Position numbers and translations under genes: made by a program | Notes under the pieces: generated by a model | Database searches by the model: none | Seen by the model: the letters and a program-made list of their open reading frames with translations, nothing else | What the model was told of the DNA's origin: nothing | In this document: piece by piece, positions 28,618 through 39,700 of the stretch | How the letters are laid out: the number at the start of each line of letters is the position of its first letter | Position numbering within the stretch: the first letter of the stretch is position 1 | NCBI GenBank assembly: GCA_035624235.1 | Contig: DASPRX010000261.1 | Location: 61,125 to 125,124, forward strand | Direction of reading: 5' to 3' | DNA length: 64,000 nt | DNA from: Burkholderiales bacterium | GTDB taxonomy: Bacteria > Pseudomonadota > Gammaproteobacteria > Burkholderiales > SG8-39

Positions 28618-29430
28618 ATGACGGCGCGCTACGCCGTGATCGGGAACCCAGTCGCGCACTCCAAATCGCCGTGGATCCACACGCGCTTCGCGCGCGATGC
28701 CGGCCAGGACATGAGCTACGAGGCGATCGAAGCCCCCCTCGACGGCTTTGCCCGAACAGTGGCTGCGTTCCGCGCGGCGGGCGGGAGAGGGGCGAACGTG
28801 ACCCTACCCTTCAAGGAGCAGGCGTTTACCTATTGTGCCTCCGTGAGCGAGCGCGCGCGCGCGGCGCGCAGCGTCAATACGCTGGTGCTCGATCGGGGCA
28901 CGCCGTGGGGCGACAACACCGACGGAATCGGACTGGTACGAGACCTCGAGGTGAACCTCGGCGTATCGCTACACGGCCGCAAAGTGCTGGTGCTCGGAGC
29001 AGGCGGCGCCGCACAGGGCGTGCTGCAGCCGCTGCTAACAGCGGGCGTGCGCGAGCTGGTGGTTGCCAACCGCACAATCGAGCGCTCGCTCGCCTTGGCG
29101 ACGCGTTTTCCCGGCGTGGAAGGCACCGGTTACGCCGGGCTCGCGTCGCGCGCGTTCGACCTGGTGATCAACGCGACATCGGCCGGGCTGCACGGCGAAC
29201 TGCCACCGCTGCCGCCGGCGCAGCAGGCGGGGCCGTTCGCGGCCGACGCACTCGCCTACGATATGCTGTACGGGCGCGATACGCCCTTCCTCCAGTATGC
29301 GCGCCGCGCAGGCGCGCGCGTGAGCGACGGCACCGGGATGCTGGTCGAGCAGGCCGCGGAATCCTTTTTCATCTGGCGAGGCGTGCGTCCCGACACGCGT
29401 GCCGTGCTCGCCGCCCTGCGCACGAGCTGA
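28618..29430 (+). CDS. aroE: Shikimate dehydrogenase
   Basis: YAVIGNPVAHSKSPWIH, NVTLPFK, NTDGIG and GAGGAA. Confidence 0.93.
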   Translation: MTARYAVIGNPVAHSKSPWIHTRFARDAGQDMSYEAIEAPLDGFARTVAAFRAAGGRGANVTLPFKEQAFTYCASVSERARAARSVNTLVLDRGTPWGDNTDGIGLVRDLEVNLGVSLHGRKVLVLGAGGAAQGVLQPLLTAGVRELVVANRTIERSLALATRFPGVEGTGYAGLASRAFDLVINATSAGLHGELPPLPPAQQAGPFAADALAYDMLYGRDTPFLQYARRAGARVSDGTGMLVEQAAESFFIWRGVRPDTRAVLAALRTS

Positions 29431-30141
29431 ATGCCGGTTCTGGTGCGCCGTTCGACTCTCAAGCTGCTTGGCTTCGTGGCCGGACTGGTGGCGTTCATGT
29501 TCCTGGCGTTGCAGCTGTGGTTCTACGGCCAGGTCCTGTGGCTGAAGAGTCACGATCCGGCACATAGCGCATTCATGCAAGAGTGCCTCGCGCAACTGCG
29601 GGAGCATGATCCGAAGGCCCGGCTGCAACATCGCTGGATTCCCTATGCGCGGATATCCGCCAATCTGAAGCGCGCCGTCGTCGCCGCCGAGGACGCGAAG
29701 TTCCTCGATCACCAGGGTTTCGACTGGGAGGCGATCCAGAAGGCGATCGAGAAGAACGAGCGCGAGGGGCGGGTGGTCGCGGGTGCATCGACCATCAGCC
29801 AACAGCTTGCGAAGAACCTCTTTCTTTCCGGCGAGCGTACCTGGGCGCGAAAGGGCGAGGAGGCGCTGATCACCTGGATGCTCGAGCAAACTCTGTCCAA
29901 GCGCCGCATCCTCGAGCTGTATCTCAACTTCGCGCAGTGGGGCGAAGATATCTTCGGTGCCGAAGCGGCCGCGCGGCACCACTTCGGCGTGCCTGCCGGT
30001 GCGCTGACCCCCGAGCAGTCGGCCTGGCTGGCGGCTATCCTTCCCAGCCCGACGCGCTACGACCGGGGCTTCACGACCCGCTATCTCGCCGGCCGCGTGC
30101 GCACCATCCTCGCGCGCATGCCGGCGGCGCAGATTCCCTGA
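29431..30141 (+). CDS. mtgA: Monofunctional biosynthetic peptidoglycan transglycosylase
   Basis: AEDAKFLDHQGFDW and GASTISQQLAKNLFL (GT51 motifs). The ATG directly follows the aroE stop. Confidence 0.92.
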   Translation: MPVLVRRSTLKLLGFVAGLVAFMFLALQLWFYGQVLWLKSHDPAHSAFMQECLAQLREHDPKARLQHRWIPYARISANLKRAVVAAEDAKFLDHQGFDWEAIQKAIEKNEREGRVVAGASTISQQLAKNLFLSGERTWARKGEEALITWMLEQTLSKRRILELYLNFAQWGEDIFGAEAAARHHFGVPAGALTPEQSAWLAAILPSPTRYDRGFTTRYLAGRVRTILARMPAAQIP

Positions 30142-30177
30142 GCCACGCGGGCAGGACGCGAGGTTCCGCGCTTCGCT

Positions 30178-31461
30178 TCAGACGAGCGCGGCGAACGCGG
30201 CCCGCGCTGCCGCGAGCGTCGCTTCGATCTCGGTCGCGCCGTGCGCCGCCGAGACGAATCCGGCCTCGTATGCGGAAGGTGCGAGATAGACGCCGCGCGC
30301 GAGCATTTCGTGGAAGAATCGATTGAAACGCTCGCGGTCGCACTCCATCACCTCGGCGAAGCTGGTCGGCGGCCGCGCGCGGAAGTAGATGCCGAACATG
30401 CTGCCGATCGATTGTGCCGAGAATGCCACGCCTGCCCGCGCCGCCTCGGTCGCGAGGCCCTCGGCCAGGGCGCGCGTACTCGATTCGATACGCTCCTGGA
30501 AGCCTGGCGCTTCGACCAGCGCCAGCGTTGCCAAACCCGCAGCGACCGCGACCGGGTTGCCCGACAGCGTTCCCGCCTGGTACACCGGCCCGAGAGGCGC
30601 GATATGCAGCATGACATCACGCCGCCCACCGAATGCGCCCACCGGCATGCCGCCGCCGATCACCTTGCCGAGTGTGGTGAGATCGGGCCTGATGGCGAAG
30701 CGTTGCTGCGCGCCGCCCGTGGCGACGCGAAAACCGGTCATGACCTCGTCGAACAATAGCAGAGCCCCGTGGCGCGTGCACTCGTCGCGCAGGGTCTCGA
30801 GAAACCCGCGTGCGGGCAGCACAAGATTCATGTTCCCGGCGACGGGCTCGACAATGATGCAAGCGATCTCCACGCCGCGCGCAGCGAACAGCGCGCGCAC
30901 GGCGGCGAGGTCGTTGTAGGGTAGCACCACTGTATGCGCGGCCGTGTCCGCCGGAACCCCGGCCGAGCTCGGGTTGCCGAAGGTGAGTGCTCCCGACCCT
31001 GCCTTTACCAGCAGGCTATCCGCGTGTCCGTGATAGCAACCCTCGAATTTCACGATGACGTTGCGCCCAGTAAAGCCGCGCGCCAGTCGAATCGCGCTCA
31101 TCGTGGCTTCGGTGCCGGAGGACACGAGCCGCACCATCTCTACGGACGGCAAGAGGCGGCAGATGGTCTCCGCGAGTTCCACCTCCGCCTCAGTCGGCGC
31201 GCCGAACGAGAGGGCGCGCGCGGCAGCGGCCTGTACCGCAGCGACCACCGAGGGGTGGGTGTGCCCGGCCACCATCGGGCCCCAAGAGCCCACGTAGTCG
31301 ATGTAGCGGCGACCCTCTGCGTCCCAGAGGTAGGCGCCGGCCGCGCGCTCGAAAAACGGTGGCGTTCCCCCGACCGCTCGGAACGCTCGCACGGGCGAGT
31401 TGACCCCCGCGGGAATGCGCCTCTGGGCCCGAGTGAAAAGCTCCTCGTTACGGCTAGTCAT
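30178..31461 (-). CDS. hemL: Glutamate-1-semialdehyde 2,1-aminomutase
   Basis: ORF trimmed to ATG 31461. [27 protein letters not shown]..., with the aminotransferase class III core. Confidence 0.93.
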   Translation of the reverse strand: MTSRNEELFTRAQRRIPAGVNSPVRAFRAVGGTPPFFERAAGAYLWDAEGRRYIDYVGSWGPMVAGHTHPSVVAAVQAAAARALSFGAPTEAEVELAETICRLLPSVEMVRLVSSGTEATMSAIRLARGFTGRNVIVKFEGCYHGHADSLLVKAGSGALTFGNPSSAGVPADTAAHTVVLPYNDLAAVRALFAARGVEIACIIVEPVAGNMNLVLPARGFLETLRDECTRHGALLLFDEVMTGFRVATGGAQQRFAIRPDLTTLGKVIGGGMPVGAFGGRRDVMLHIAPLGPVYQAGTLSGNPVAVAAGLATLALVEAPGFQERIESSTRALAEGLATEAARAGVAFSAQSIGSMFGIYFRARPPTSFAEVMECDRERFNRFFHEMLARGVYLAPSAYEAGFVSAAHGATEIEATLAAARAAFAALV

Positions 31462-32093
31462 GCTGAAAGGCTCGCTTGAGCTGCAAACAGGTTGGCATAG
31501 GCGCGCGCCCGCGCCGCGATGTCGGGCGCGTCGAACAGATCCGAGATCACAGCGAGGCAATCGGCACCGGCGCGCAAGATTTCCCCGGCGCGCTCCAGGG
31601 TAATCCCGCCGATCGCGACTATCGGAGCGCCCAGCGCGCGCGCTGCAGTGAACAGCCCGAGCGGCGCGCGCACAGCGCCCGGCTTGGTCGTCGAAGGATA
31701 AACGCTGCCGAACGCGACGTAGTCGGCCCCCGCCGCGAGCGCCGTGCGTGCGACGTCGAGCCGGTCATAGCACGATGCACCAAGCAACCGATCGCCGAGG
31801 CGCCGCCGCGCCGCGCCGAGCGCGCCGTCGTCGCGCCCGAGGTGAACTCCGTCGGCGCCGCTCGCCAGCGCGAGTTCCACATCGTCGTTCACGATGAATG
31901 GCACGCCGCGGGCACGACACAGGGCGCTCAGCGCGCGGGCCTCGACTGCGCGTTGTGCCGGTGCGGCGGCTTTGTTGCGATATTGCAGAGCTGCCCACCC
32001 GCCCAGATGGGCAAATTGCAGGGCCGCCCGCACTTTGGCGAGCAGGATCTCCCCGTCCGCGCAGTCGGGTGTGATGGCGTACAGGCCTGCCAT
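31458..32093 (-). CDS. thiE: Thiamine-phosphate synthase
   Basis: ORF trimmed to ATG 32093 ([10 protein letters not shown]...). Motifs GADGVHLG and [17 protein letters not shown]. 4-nt overlap with hemL. Confidence 0.88.
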   Translation of the reverse strand: MAGLYAITPDCADGEILLAKVRAALQFAHLGGWAALQYRNKAAAPAQRAVEARALSALCRARGVPFIVNDDVELALASGADGVHLGRDDGALGAARRRLGDRLLGASCYDRLDVARTALAAGADYVAFGSVYPSTTKPGAVRAPLGLFTAARALGAPIVAIGGITLERAGEILRAGADCLAVISDLFDAPDIAARARAYANLFAAQASLSA

Positions 32094-32095
32094 CT

Positions 32096-32929
32096 TCACG
32101 GCCCACCGTCGCTCGAATCGTGCTTCACGCCGCGCGCCCAAAAGAAGCGGTCGGGCAAGATTTGACCCGTCCCGGGACGAAATCCCCTGGCCAGTGCCTG
32201 CCAAGTGTATTCCTGCGCCTCGCGCACGGCCTCGGTCACGGCGAGCCCGTTGGCGAGGGCTGCAGCGATTGCCGATGCAAGCGTACAGCCCGAGCCATGG
32301 TAGCTATCGGGCAAACGCTGCCAGCGGTCACTGCGCAGCACCCCAGCCTGCCCGTAGAGAGTGTTGACTACGTCCGCGCCCGCCTCGTGCGTACCTGTGA
32401 CGAGCAGGTACTCGCAGCCCTGGGCGAGTAGACGTCGCGCACACGCGCCGAGATCGGACGCGTCGCCATCGGTGCCATTCCCGGCGAGTCGCCGTAGCTC
32501 CACGCTGTTTGGCGTGACGATCGTCGACAAAGGGAGCAGCTGCTCGCGCAGGGCGTCCAGCATTTCCTCGCTCGCCAGGGGATCGCCCCGCCCGGAGGCG
32601 AGCACCGGGTCGAGGACCAGCGGCACCTCCGGGTAGTCGGATACGATGTTTGCAACGGCCATGATGTTGTCGCGTGAGCCGAGCACGCCGACCTTGAACG
32701 CGTCGACCGGCATGTCCTCGAGCAGTAGCCGCGCCTGATCGGCGACCCAGTCGGCCTCGACGGCCATCAGGCTCACGACGCCGCGCGTATCCTGAGCGGT
32801 CAGCGCCGTGACGACCGACAGTGGGTGGCAGCCCATGCTCGCGAGCGTGAGCAAGTCGGCTTGCAGCCCGGCGCCGCCGGTGGGGTCGGACGCCGCGAAA
32901 GTGAGCACGATGGGGGGCAGAGAGGGCAC
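32096..32929 (-). CDS. thiD: Hydroxymethylpyrimidine/phosphomethylpyrimidine kinase
   Basis: LTFAASDPTGGAGLQADL and HGSGCTLASAIAA. Confidence 0.92.
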   Translation of the reverse strand: MPSLPPIVLTFAASDPTGGAGLQADLLTLASMGCHPLSVVTALTAQDTRGVVSLMAVEADWVADQARLLLEDMPVDAFKVGVLGSRDNIMAVANIVSDYPEVPLVLDPVLASGRGDPLASEEMLDALREQLLPLSTIVTPNSVELRRLAGNGTDGDASDLGACARRLLAQGCEYLLVTGTHEAGADVVNTLYGQAGVLRSDRWQRLPDSYHGSGCTLASAIAAALANGLAVTEAVREAQEYTWQALARGFRPGTGQILPDRFFWARGVKHDSSDGGP

Positions 32930-33009
32930 ACGCGAGGCCGTCCCGGGAATCGGGTGCGGCGGAATACGCTAAGATGCCGGGCCATTTTAGCGCACCTCGC
33001 AGCACCCGC

Positions 33010-33195
33010 ATGGCCGACAACGAGCAGAACTATCGCAGCTGGATGTGTTTGATCTGTGGCTTCGTCTACGACGAAGCCGCTGGCCTGCCCGAGGAGGGTC
33101 TTCCTGCCGGGACGCGCTGGGAAGACGTGCCGATAAACTGGACCTGCCCGGAGTGCGGCGCGCGCAAGGAAGACTTCGAGATGGTCCAAATCTGA
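33010..33195 (+). CDS. Rubredoxin
   Basis: ORF trimmed to ATG 33010. Two CxxCG knuckles (CLICG, CPECG) and WEDVPINWTCPECG. Confidence 0.9.
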   Translation: MADNEQNYRSWMCLICGFVYDEAAGLPEEGLPAGTRWEDVPINWTCPECGARKEDFEMVQI

Positions 33196-33281
33196 GAACT
33201 GCGATACCTTTGAGACCAGCACTAATTCACGGGCCAAGCGACGCTAGTTCAACTACACTCTGAAGTTGGGGTGGGGAGGAC

Positions 33282-33701
33282 ATGGCGGGCACGGGGGCAC
33301 TGGCTGGCGTCAAGGTAATGGTGATCGACGACTCGAACACCATTCGGCGCAGTGCCGAGATTTTCCTGCTGCAGGCCGGCTGTAACGTGATCTTGGCGGA
33401 GGACGGTTTCGACGCGCTCGCCAAGATCGCCGATCATCAGCCTGACATCGTGTTCGTCGACATCATGATGCCGCGCCTGGACGGTTACCAGACCTGCGCG
33501 CTGATCAAGAAGAATCCGAAATTCGCCGCGACGCCGGTGATCATGCTGTCGTCCAAGGACGGGCTCTTTGACCGCGCGCGCGGACGCATCGTCGGGTCGA
33601 ACGAGTACCTCACCAAGCCGTTCACGCGGGACAGCCTCGTCGGTGCGGTGAGCGCGCACGCGCCCGCGCACGCCAAATCCACCGGCACCGGGGGCGCCTG
33701 A
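33282..33701 (+). CDS. pilG: Twitching-motility response regulator PilG (CheY-like)
   Basis: VMVIDDSNTIRRSAE..., DIVFVDIMMPRLDGYQ, SSKDGLFDRARG, YLTKPF. GGGGAGGA RBS. Confidence 0.88.
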   Translation: MAGTGALAGVKVMVIDDSNTIRRSAEIFLLQAGCNVILAEDGFDALAKIADHQPDIVFVDIMMPRLDGYQTCALIKKNPKFAATPVIMLSSKDGLFDRARGRIVGSNEYLTKPFTRDSLVGAVSAHAPAHAKSTGTGGA

Positions 33702-33720
33702 CAGCACGGAGGATATTCCC

Positions 33721-34086
33721 ATGCCAATCAAGAAAATCTTGGTGGTGGACGATTCGCCAACCGACCGGCAATTCCTGCTAGAGGGGTTGTCGAAGCTCGG
33801 CTATCAGGTAGTACTCGCCGAGAGTGGCGAGCAGGGAATCGCGAAAGCGAAATCGGAGAGACCCGACCTGGTGCTGATGGACGTCGTCATGCCGGGGACC
33901 AATGGCTTCCAGGCCACGAGACAGATCGCGCGCGATGAGGCGACCAAGGGCATTCCCGTGATCATGTGCACCTCCAAGTCGCAGGAGACCGACCGTATCT
34001 GGGGGATGCGCCAAGGGGCCAGGGACTACGTCGTCAAGCCGGTCAACATCGCCGAGCTCGCGGCCAAGATCACTGCCCTGGGCTGA
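33721..34086 (+). CDS. pilH: Twitching-motility response regulator PilH (CheY-like)
   Basis: KILVVDDSPTDR, DLVLMDVVMPGTNGFQ and DYVVKP. Confidence 0.88.
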   Translation: MPIKKILVVDDSPTDRQFLLEGLSKLGYQVVLAESGEQGIAKAKSERPDLVLMDVVMPGTNGFQATRQIARDEATKGIPVIMCTSKSQETDRIWGMRQGARDYVVKPVNIAELAAKITALG

Positions 34087-34089
34087 GGC

Positions 34090-34608
34090 ATGGCGAAACG
34101 CGTAAGCCTGCGGGAATTCCAGGAAAACCTGGCCAGCCGCCTGAAGGCCGCGGCCGGCGAGCCCGCCTCCAGCGCGCGGCTCTCGTTCGAGGCGGAGGGA
34201 ACGCTTTGGCTGCTACGGTTGGAGAACTCGGGCGAGCTGTTGCCCGTGCCGCAGATCGATCGCGTGCCGCTTACGCGGACATGGTTCCTCGGCGTGGCGA
34301 ATGTGCGCGGCGTGCTGTTCGGTGTCACCGATTTCTCCGCATTCATCTCGGGCGCACCAACCAGGCGTGGCAACAACAACCGGCTTCTGCTTGTGGGCCA
34401 GCCGCACGGCATCAACGCCGCCCTGTTGGTGACCCGACTGACGGGCCTGCACAATCTGGCCGAATTCGAGCCGCTCGAGGACCAAGGCGGGTGCGGCGAG
34501 CAGTGGGGCGAACGCGCCTGGCGTGATAGAGACGGGCGCATCTGGCGCGAACTGGACACAGCGAAGCTGCTCGCGCACCGCGACTTCCTCGACGTCGCGG
34601 CACCTTGA
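34090..34608 (+). CDS. pilI: CheW-like coupling protein PilI
   Basis: Single CheW domain in the conserved position between pilH and pilJ. Confidence 0.8.
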   Translation: MAKRVSLREFQENLASRLKAAAGEPASSARLSFEAEGTLWLLRLENSGELLPVPQIDRVPLTRTWFLGVANVRGVLFGVTDFSAFISGAPTRRGNNNRLLLVGQPHGINAALLVTRLTGLHNLAEFEPLEDQGGCGEQWGERAWRDRDGRIWRELDTAKLLAHRDFLDVAAP

Positions 34609-34626
34609 GAGATCGTGGGAGGGACC

Positions 34627-36741
34627 ATGGAATTGAAGATGCCCATCCGATTCGGCCGGCAAGAGGCTGCAGGCTTCACCGAGAAGCCCCCGCCTCTTGC
34701 CGGGCGGCTCGCGCACGCTGCGGGCGGCGCGCAGCGCAGGCCGCTCACCATATTGCTGCCGACGTTCGTCGTGCTCCTGATCATCACCGCGGTGCTGGTT
34801 TGGAACAACTACCAGTCTTCCAAGCACGGCGCCCAGTACATCGCCGACGCGGGACAGTTGCGCATGCTTTCGCAGCGCCTCGCGAAGGCCTCCCTGCAGG
34901 GGCTGCTCGGCAACCCGTCGGCATTCAGGCAGGTGCAAAACAGCCGTGACACCTTCGCGACCATTCTCGACCGGCTGCAGCGCGGCGGCACGGTGGGCGG
35001 CGAGCAGCTTCCGCCGAGCCCGCCGAGCGCGCAACCCGCGCTTCAGGCCCTGCTCAAGGAATGGCAGCGAACCGAGCGCAATGCGAGCACGCTGCTCAGG
35101 GAACAGCAGATCCTGGTCGGCCTGGGCAACGCGGTGGGCCAGTTGAACGGCGCGAACCCGCGCCTGCTTGACCTGGCCGAGCAGGTGCAGACGCTCAAGC
35201 TCGAATCCTCCGCGCCGGCACGCGACATCTCGGCGGCTGCTGAGCTGGTCATGCTCACGCAGCGCCTGGCGAAGAACGCCAACGCGCTGCTGGCGGGCGA
35301 ATCTGTAGATCCGGAGGTCGCGTTCCTGCTCGGCAAGGACACCAACCAGTTTCGCTCCACCCTGCTCGCGCTGCAGAAAGGCAGCACTGCGCAGCGCATC
35401 GTCGCGACGCGCGACCCGGCCACGTCCGCGAAGCTCGAGGAGCTAGCCCTGGCATTCAAGAGCTACCAGGAAGCGGTCGCCTCGATCCTGGGCAATATGC
35501 AGCGCCTGATCTCCGCCAAGCGCGCGGCGTTCTCCGTATTCAACGATTCCGAGCCGCTGCTCGGAGCCACGGAGCGCCTCGCCACCGCATACGAGACGGA
35601 CCTCGCGCAGGACAAGACGGTCTACGTGATCGTGTTTCTGGCCGTGCTGATGGCCGCGGTGCTCGCGGCGATCGCCTATGTGTTCGTGCAGCAGGAGCGC
35701 GCCCGTCGTGAGCAGGCGGAGGTGCACGAGCAGTCGCTCAAGCGCCTGAACGACCAGAACCAGGAAGCGATCTTGCGCCTCATGAACGAGATGCAGAGCT
35801 TCGCCGAGGGCGATCTAACGGTGCGAGCGACCGTGACCGAGGACATTACCGGCGCGATCGCGGATTCGGTGAATTTCGCCATTGAGGAGCTCAAGACGCT
35901 GGTCGGCCGCATCAATACCGCGGCCGAGCAGGTCACCTCGGCGACCCAGTCTGCGCAGCAAACCTCGACGCAGCTGCTCGCCGCCGCGGAGCGACAGTCG
36001 AACGAAATCCGCACCACGGGTACGCAGGTGCTCGGCATGGCGCGCGCGATCAACCAGGTATCCGCGAGCGCGACCGAGTCGGCGGAAGTCGCGCGCGCCT
36101 CGCTCGCTGCGGCCGAGAAGGGCCAGGAGGCGGTACACAATGCCATAGCGGGCATGAACGAGATCCGCGAGCACATCCAGGAGACCGCGAAGCGCATCAA
36201 GCGCCTGGGAGAGTCCTCGCAGGAAATCGGAGAGATCGTCGAGCTGATATCGGACATCACCGAGCAGACCAACGTGCTGGCGCTGAACGCCGCAATTCAG
36301 GCCGCCTCCGCTGGCGAGGCCGGGCGCGGATTCACGGTGGTCGCCGAGGAAGTGCAGCGCCTCGCCGAGCGCTCAGGCGAAGCCACCAAGCAGATCGGCG
36401 CGATCGTGCGCACGATTCAGACCGACACGCAGGATGCGGTGAGCGCGATGGAGAAAAGCACGCAGGGCGTGGTCGAGGGGGCGAAGCTGTCCGACGCTGC
36501 CGGCCAGGCACTCTCAGAAATAGGCGAAGTCTCGCGGCGGCTGGCCCAGCTGATCGAAAATATCTCGCGCACGACGCAGAGCCAGGCAAAGGCCGCCGGC
36601 TCGGTGGCGCTCAGCATGCGCAATATTCTCGGCATCACGGAACAGGCTACCGAAGGCACCAAGCGCACTGCCGCCTCCGTGACCCAGATCGCCGGACTTG
36701 CGCAGGACCTGCGCGGTTCCGTGGCGAACTTCAAGCTCTGA
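34627..36741 (+). CDS. pilJ: Methyl-accepting chemotaxis protein PilJ
   Basis: The start is uncertain (GTG 34615, ATG 34627 or 34639). PilJ-type periplasmic domain, HAMP, and the conserved MCP signalling hairpin [42 protein letters not shown]. Confidence 0.88.
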   Translation: MELKMPIRFGRQEAAGFTEKPPPLAGRLAHAAGGAQRRPLTILLPTFVVLLIITAVLVWNNYQSSKHGAQYIADAGQLRMLSQRLAKASLQGLLGNPSAFRQVQNSRDTFATILDRLQRGGTVGGEQLPPSPPSAQPALQALLKEWQRTERNASTLLREQQILVGLGNAVGQLNGANPRLLDLAEQVQTLKLESSAPARDISAAAELVMLTQRLAKNANALLAGESVDPEVAFLLGKDTNQFRSTLLALQKGSTAQRIVATRDPATSAKLEELALAFKSYQEAVASILGNMQRLISAKRAAFSVFNDSEPLLGATERLATAYETDLAQDKTVYVIVFLAVLMAAVLAAIAYVFVQQERARREQAEVHEQSLKRLNDQNQEAILRLMNEMQSFAEGDLTVRATVTEDITGAIADSVNFAIEELKTLVGRINTAAEQVTSATQSAQQTSTQLLAAAERQSNEIRTTGTQVLGMARAINQVSASATESAEVARASLAAAEKGQEAVHNAIAGMNEIREHIQETAKRIKRLGESSQEIGEIVELISDITEQTNVLALNAAIQAASAGEAGRGFTVVAEEVQRLAERSGEATKQIGAIVRTIQTDTQDAVSAMEKSTQGVVEGAKLSDAAGQALSEIGEVSRRLAQLIENISRTTQSQAKAAGSVALSMRNILGITEQATEGTKRTAASVTQIAGLAQDLRGSVANFKL

Positions 36742-36769
36742 GACGACGGAACCGCACGCCGGCGATGCG

Positions 36770-39700
36770 ATGAGCGCGACATTCGACATCGGTCCGCTCA
36801 GCTGGGTCAAGAGCGAGATCGACTCCTCGCTCGAGCGGGCGCGCGCCGCGCTGCAGGCCTACGGAGGCAGGGCCGACGCGCGCGGCGAGCTTCGCAATTG
36901 CCGCGCACAGCTGCACCAGGCCGCGGGCGCCGTGCAGATCGTCGGGCTGGAGGGCGTGTCGCGCTTCTTCGAGGAAACCGAGGCGCTTACCGCAGACCTC
37001 GAGGCTGGCCGCATCGCGGACGAGCAGTGCGCCGTGCGTGCGCTCGAGAGCGCGCTCACTGCGATCGGGGCGTATCTGTCCGACCTCATGGAAGGCGCGC
37101 CGGACCAGCCGCTCAGGCTGTTCCCGACGCTCGAGGCCCTGTGCGAAGCGCGTGGCGCGCCGCGTCCTGCGGAGGCGGATCTCTTCTATCCTGATCTGTC
37201 ACTTGCGCCACCGCCGCGTGAGAAACCGGCCGTTCGCCTGTCACGCGAGGAGGCCGGCGCGTACCTGCGCAGCCAGAGCGCGCGCTTTCAGCGCGCACTG
37301 GTGAAGTGGCTGCGTCAGCCGTCCGAACGGGACGCGCTCGAAGACATGCTGGCTGCGATCGACGCGGTGGAACAGGCGCAAAGCGTTCCGGCGCAGCGTG
37401 CATTCTGGTGGGCTTCGGGAGCGTTTATCGACGCGCTCGCCAAGGGCGATCTGGGGCCCGACCCGGGCGTGCGGCAGGTGGCTACGCACGTCGAGCAGCA
37501 ATTGCGCCGGCTGGTCGAGGGCTCGCCGTCGGTGGCCGAGCGTGTGCTGCGCGAGGTGCTGTACTGGGTCGCGCGGGCAGGCGGGGTGGGTGGAGCTGGC
37601 GCGCACGAAGCAGCCAGTTCTCGCGTACTGACAGCACGCCAGGCTTACCGGCTGCAAGGTTCGCTGCCACAGGAAGGCGCGGAGCCGGACGTCTCCCAGC
37701 GCATGTCGATGGCGCTCGCCCTGCGCGAATCGTTGGCGAGCGCAAAGGATGCTTGGACCAAATACGCGGCAGGCATCGACAGCGCTCTCGCGCCGTTCGT
37801 GCAACACGCGCGCGCAATCGCGGAACGCGGCAGCCGCCTCGGCAACGCCGACCTGGCTGCGCTGTCACTCGAGATCTCGCGCGTCGCCGACCATCTCGAA
37901 GGGGCTTCGCGCCACGCGCTGACCGAGGCCGTGGCCATGGAGGTCGCGACGGCCCTGCTACTGGCCGAGAGCGCAGCCGAGAACTACCGTGACTTGCCGA
38001 TCGATTTCGATCGTGAGGTCAAGGCGATGCAGGCGCGCCTGGCGGTGGCCGTGTTCGGTGCCGAAGCGACCGGCGTCCTGCCCACGGCCGGCCTGATCGA
38101 CGAGATGACGCGACGCGCGCAGGAACGGCTCGCCACAGTGAGCGCGCTCGCCGAGATGAAGGCCAACCTTCACAGAATTGAACAGACGCTCGACGCGTAT
38201 TTCCGCGATCCGGCGCGCGCCGGCGAGCTCGCGGCACTCGAGCCGCTGGTGCACCAGGTGAGCGGCGCGCTCGGTGTGCTTGGCGAAGAACAGGCGCGCG
38301 CGGCACTCGAGCGATGCGCGGCGCGCATCCGTGAGTTCGCCGCGGCAAAGGCTCGCCCGCAGCTCGCAGAATTCGAGGAAGTTGCGCAAATCCTGTCGGG
38401 ACTCGGCTTCTACATAGATGCGCTGCAGCACGGCAAGGCGGACTTCGCGGCCGCGATGCGCCCGGTGGGCGCCGGCGAAGCGGCTGCCGAGGCCGACCAG
38501 ACTGCGGCGCGCAGCCTCGAGTCCGTGCTGCGCGGCAAGGCGCGCAGCACGCTTGCGCTCTATGAGGCGCTGCGCGAGGCGCCTGAAGACGAACGCCTCC
38601 GAAGCGAGCTGAAGGACAAGCTGGTCGAAATCCGCGACGACGCGGAGCTCGTGGCTGACGCAGACTTGCGCAAGCAGGCCAACGAAGCGCTGTCGCAGCT
38701 GGATTCCGCGTCCGCAGACCGCGGCCAGCGGCTGGCGCTTTCGATAACCGAGCTGGCTGCGGCGCCGCCGCCGCCGTCGGACCAGGCGGAGCGGCTGAGG
38801 GACGCGAGCGACGAAGCGATCGACCACGAGTTGCTGGCGATCTTCCTGGAGGAGGCAGACGGCGTGCTCGCCGCGATCTCCGACAGCCTGCGCGAAAGCC
38901 GTGCTCAGCCGGCGTTGTTGCCGCAGCTGGTGACCATACGACGCGGCTTCCATACTCTGAAGGGCAGCGGTCGCATGGTGGGCTTGGCGCGGCTTGGCGA
39001 GGTTGCGCTGGCGGTCGAGCAGGTACTTAACCTGTGGCTGCAGGACGAGCGCAGCGCCACGCCCGAACTGCACGCCTTGATCGAGCTGGCCCACCGCGCG
39101 TTCGTCGACTGGATCGCACGTCTGCGAGCGGGCGAGCAGCAGCCCGACCCGAGCGGCGTGCTGGCGATGGCCGAACGGGTCAAGCGGGGTGAAGCTGCCG
39201 AGCCGCCGGCGCCGGCTGCCACCGCGCCCGCGCAGGAAGAAGAAGTCGTCATCGACGGCAAGACGATTTCCGCGTCGTTGTTCGCGGTGTTCGGCAATGA
39301 AGCTCGGCAGCACCTCGATGTGCTCGAGCGCGAACTCGCCTCCGCGGCCGCGACGCGCACGATTGGCGAGGAGCTGGTGCGCGCCGCGCACACGCTTGCA
39401 AGCATAAGCGGCACGGTGCAGATCGAGCCGATGCATGCGCTCGGCTACGCGCTCGAGGCTGCGCTCGCGCGCCTGCGCGCGCGCACCTCTCCGCCCGGCG
39501 CCGCGGAGCTGACGCTGCTCGCGCGCGGCAACGCGTCGCTGCGCGAGATGTACGGCGCGGCGATTGCGCGCCGCGCGCCCGCGGCGCGTGCTGACCTCAC
39601 GCAGGCGCTCGAGGCGATCCCGGGCCGCGCCACGGAGGCGCCAGCGGCCGCGCCGGCACCTAGCGAGCAGCCTGCGCATGAACGCCGCCAGCGGCGCATC

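Noticed and set aside
32930-33009. Possible TPP riboswitch upstream of thiD-thiE
   Set aside because: Reading the minus strand, I found neither the CUGAGA nor the ACCUGAUCUGGAUAAUGCCAGCG-like core. The available space is only about 80 nt before the divergent rubredoxin gene.
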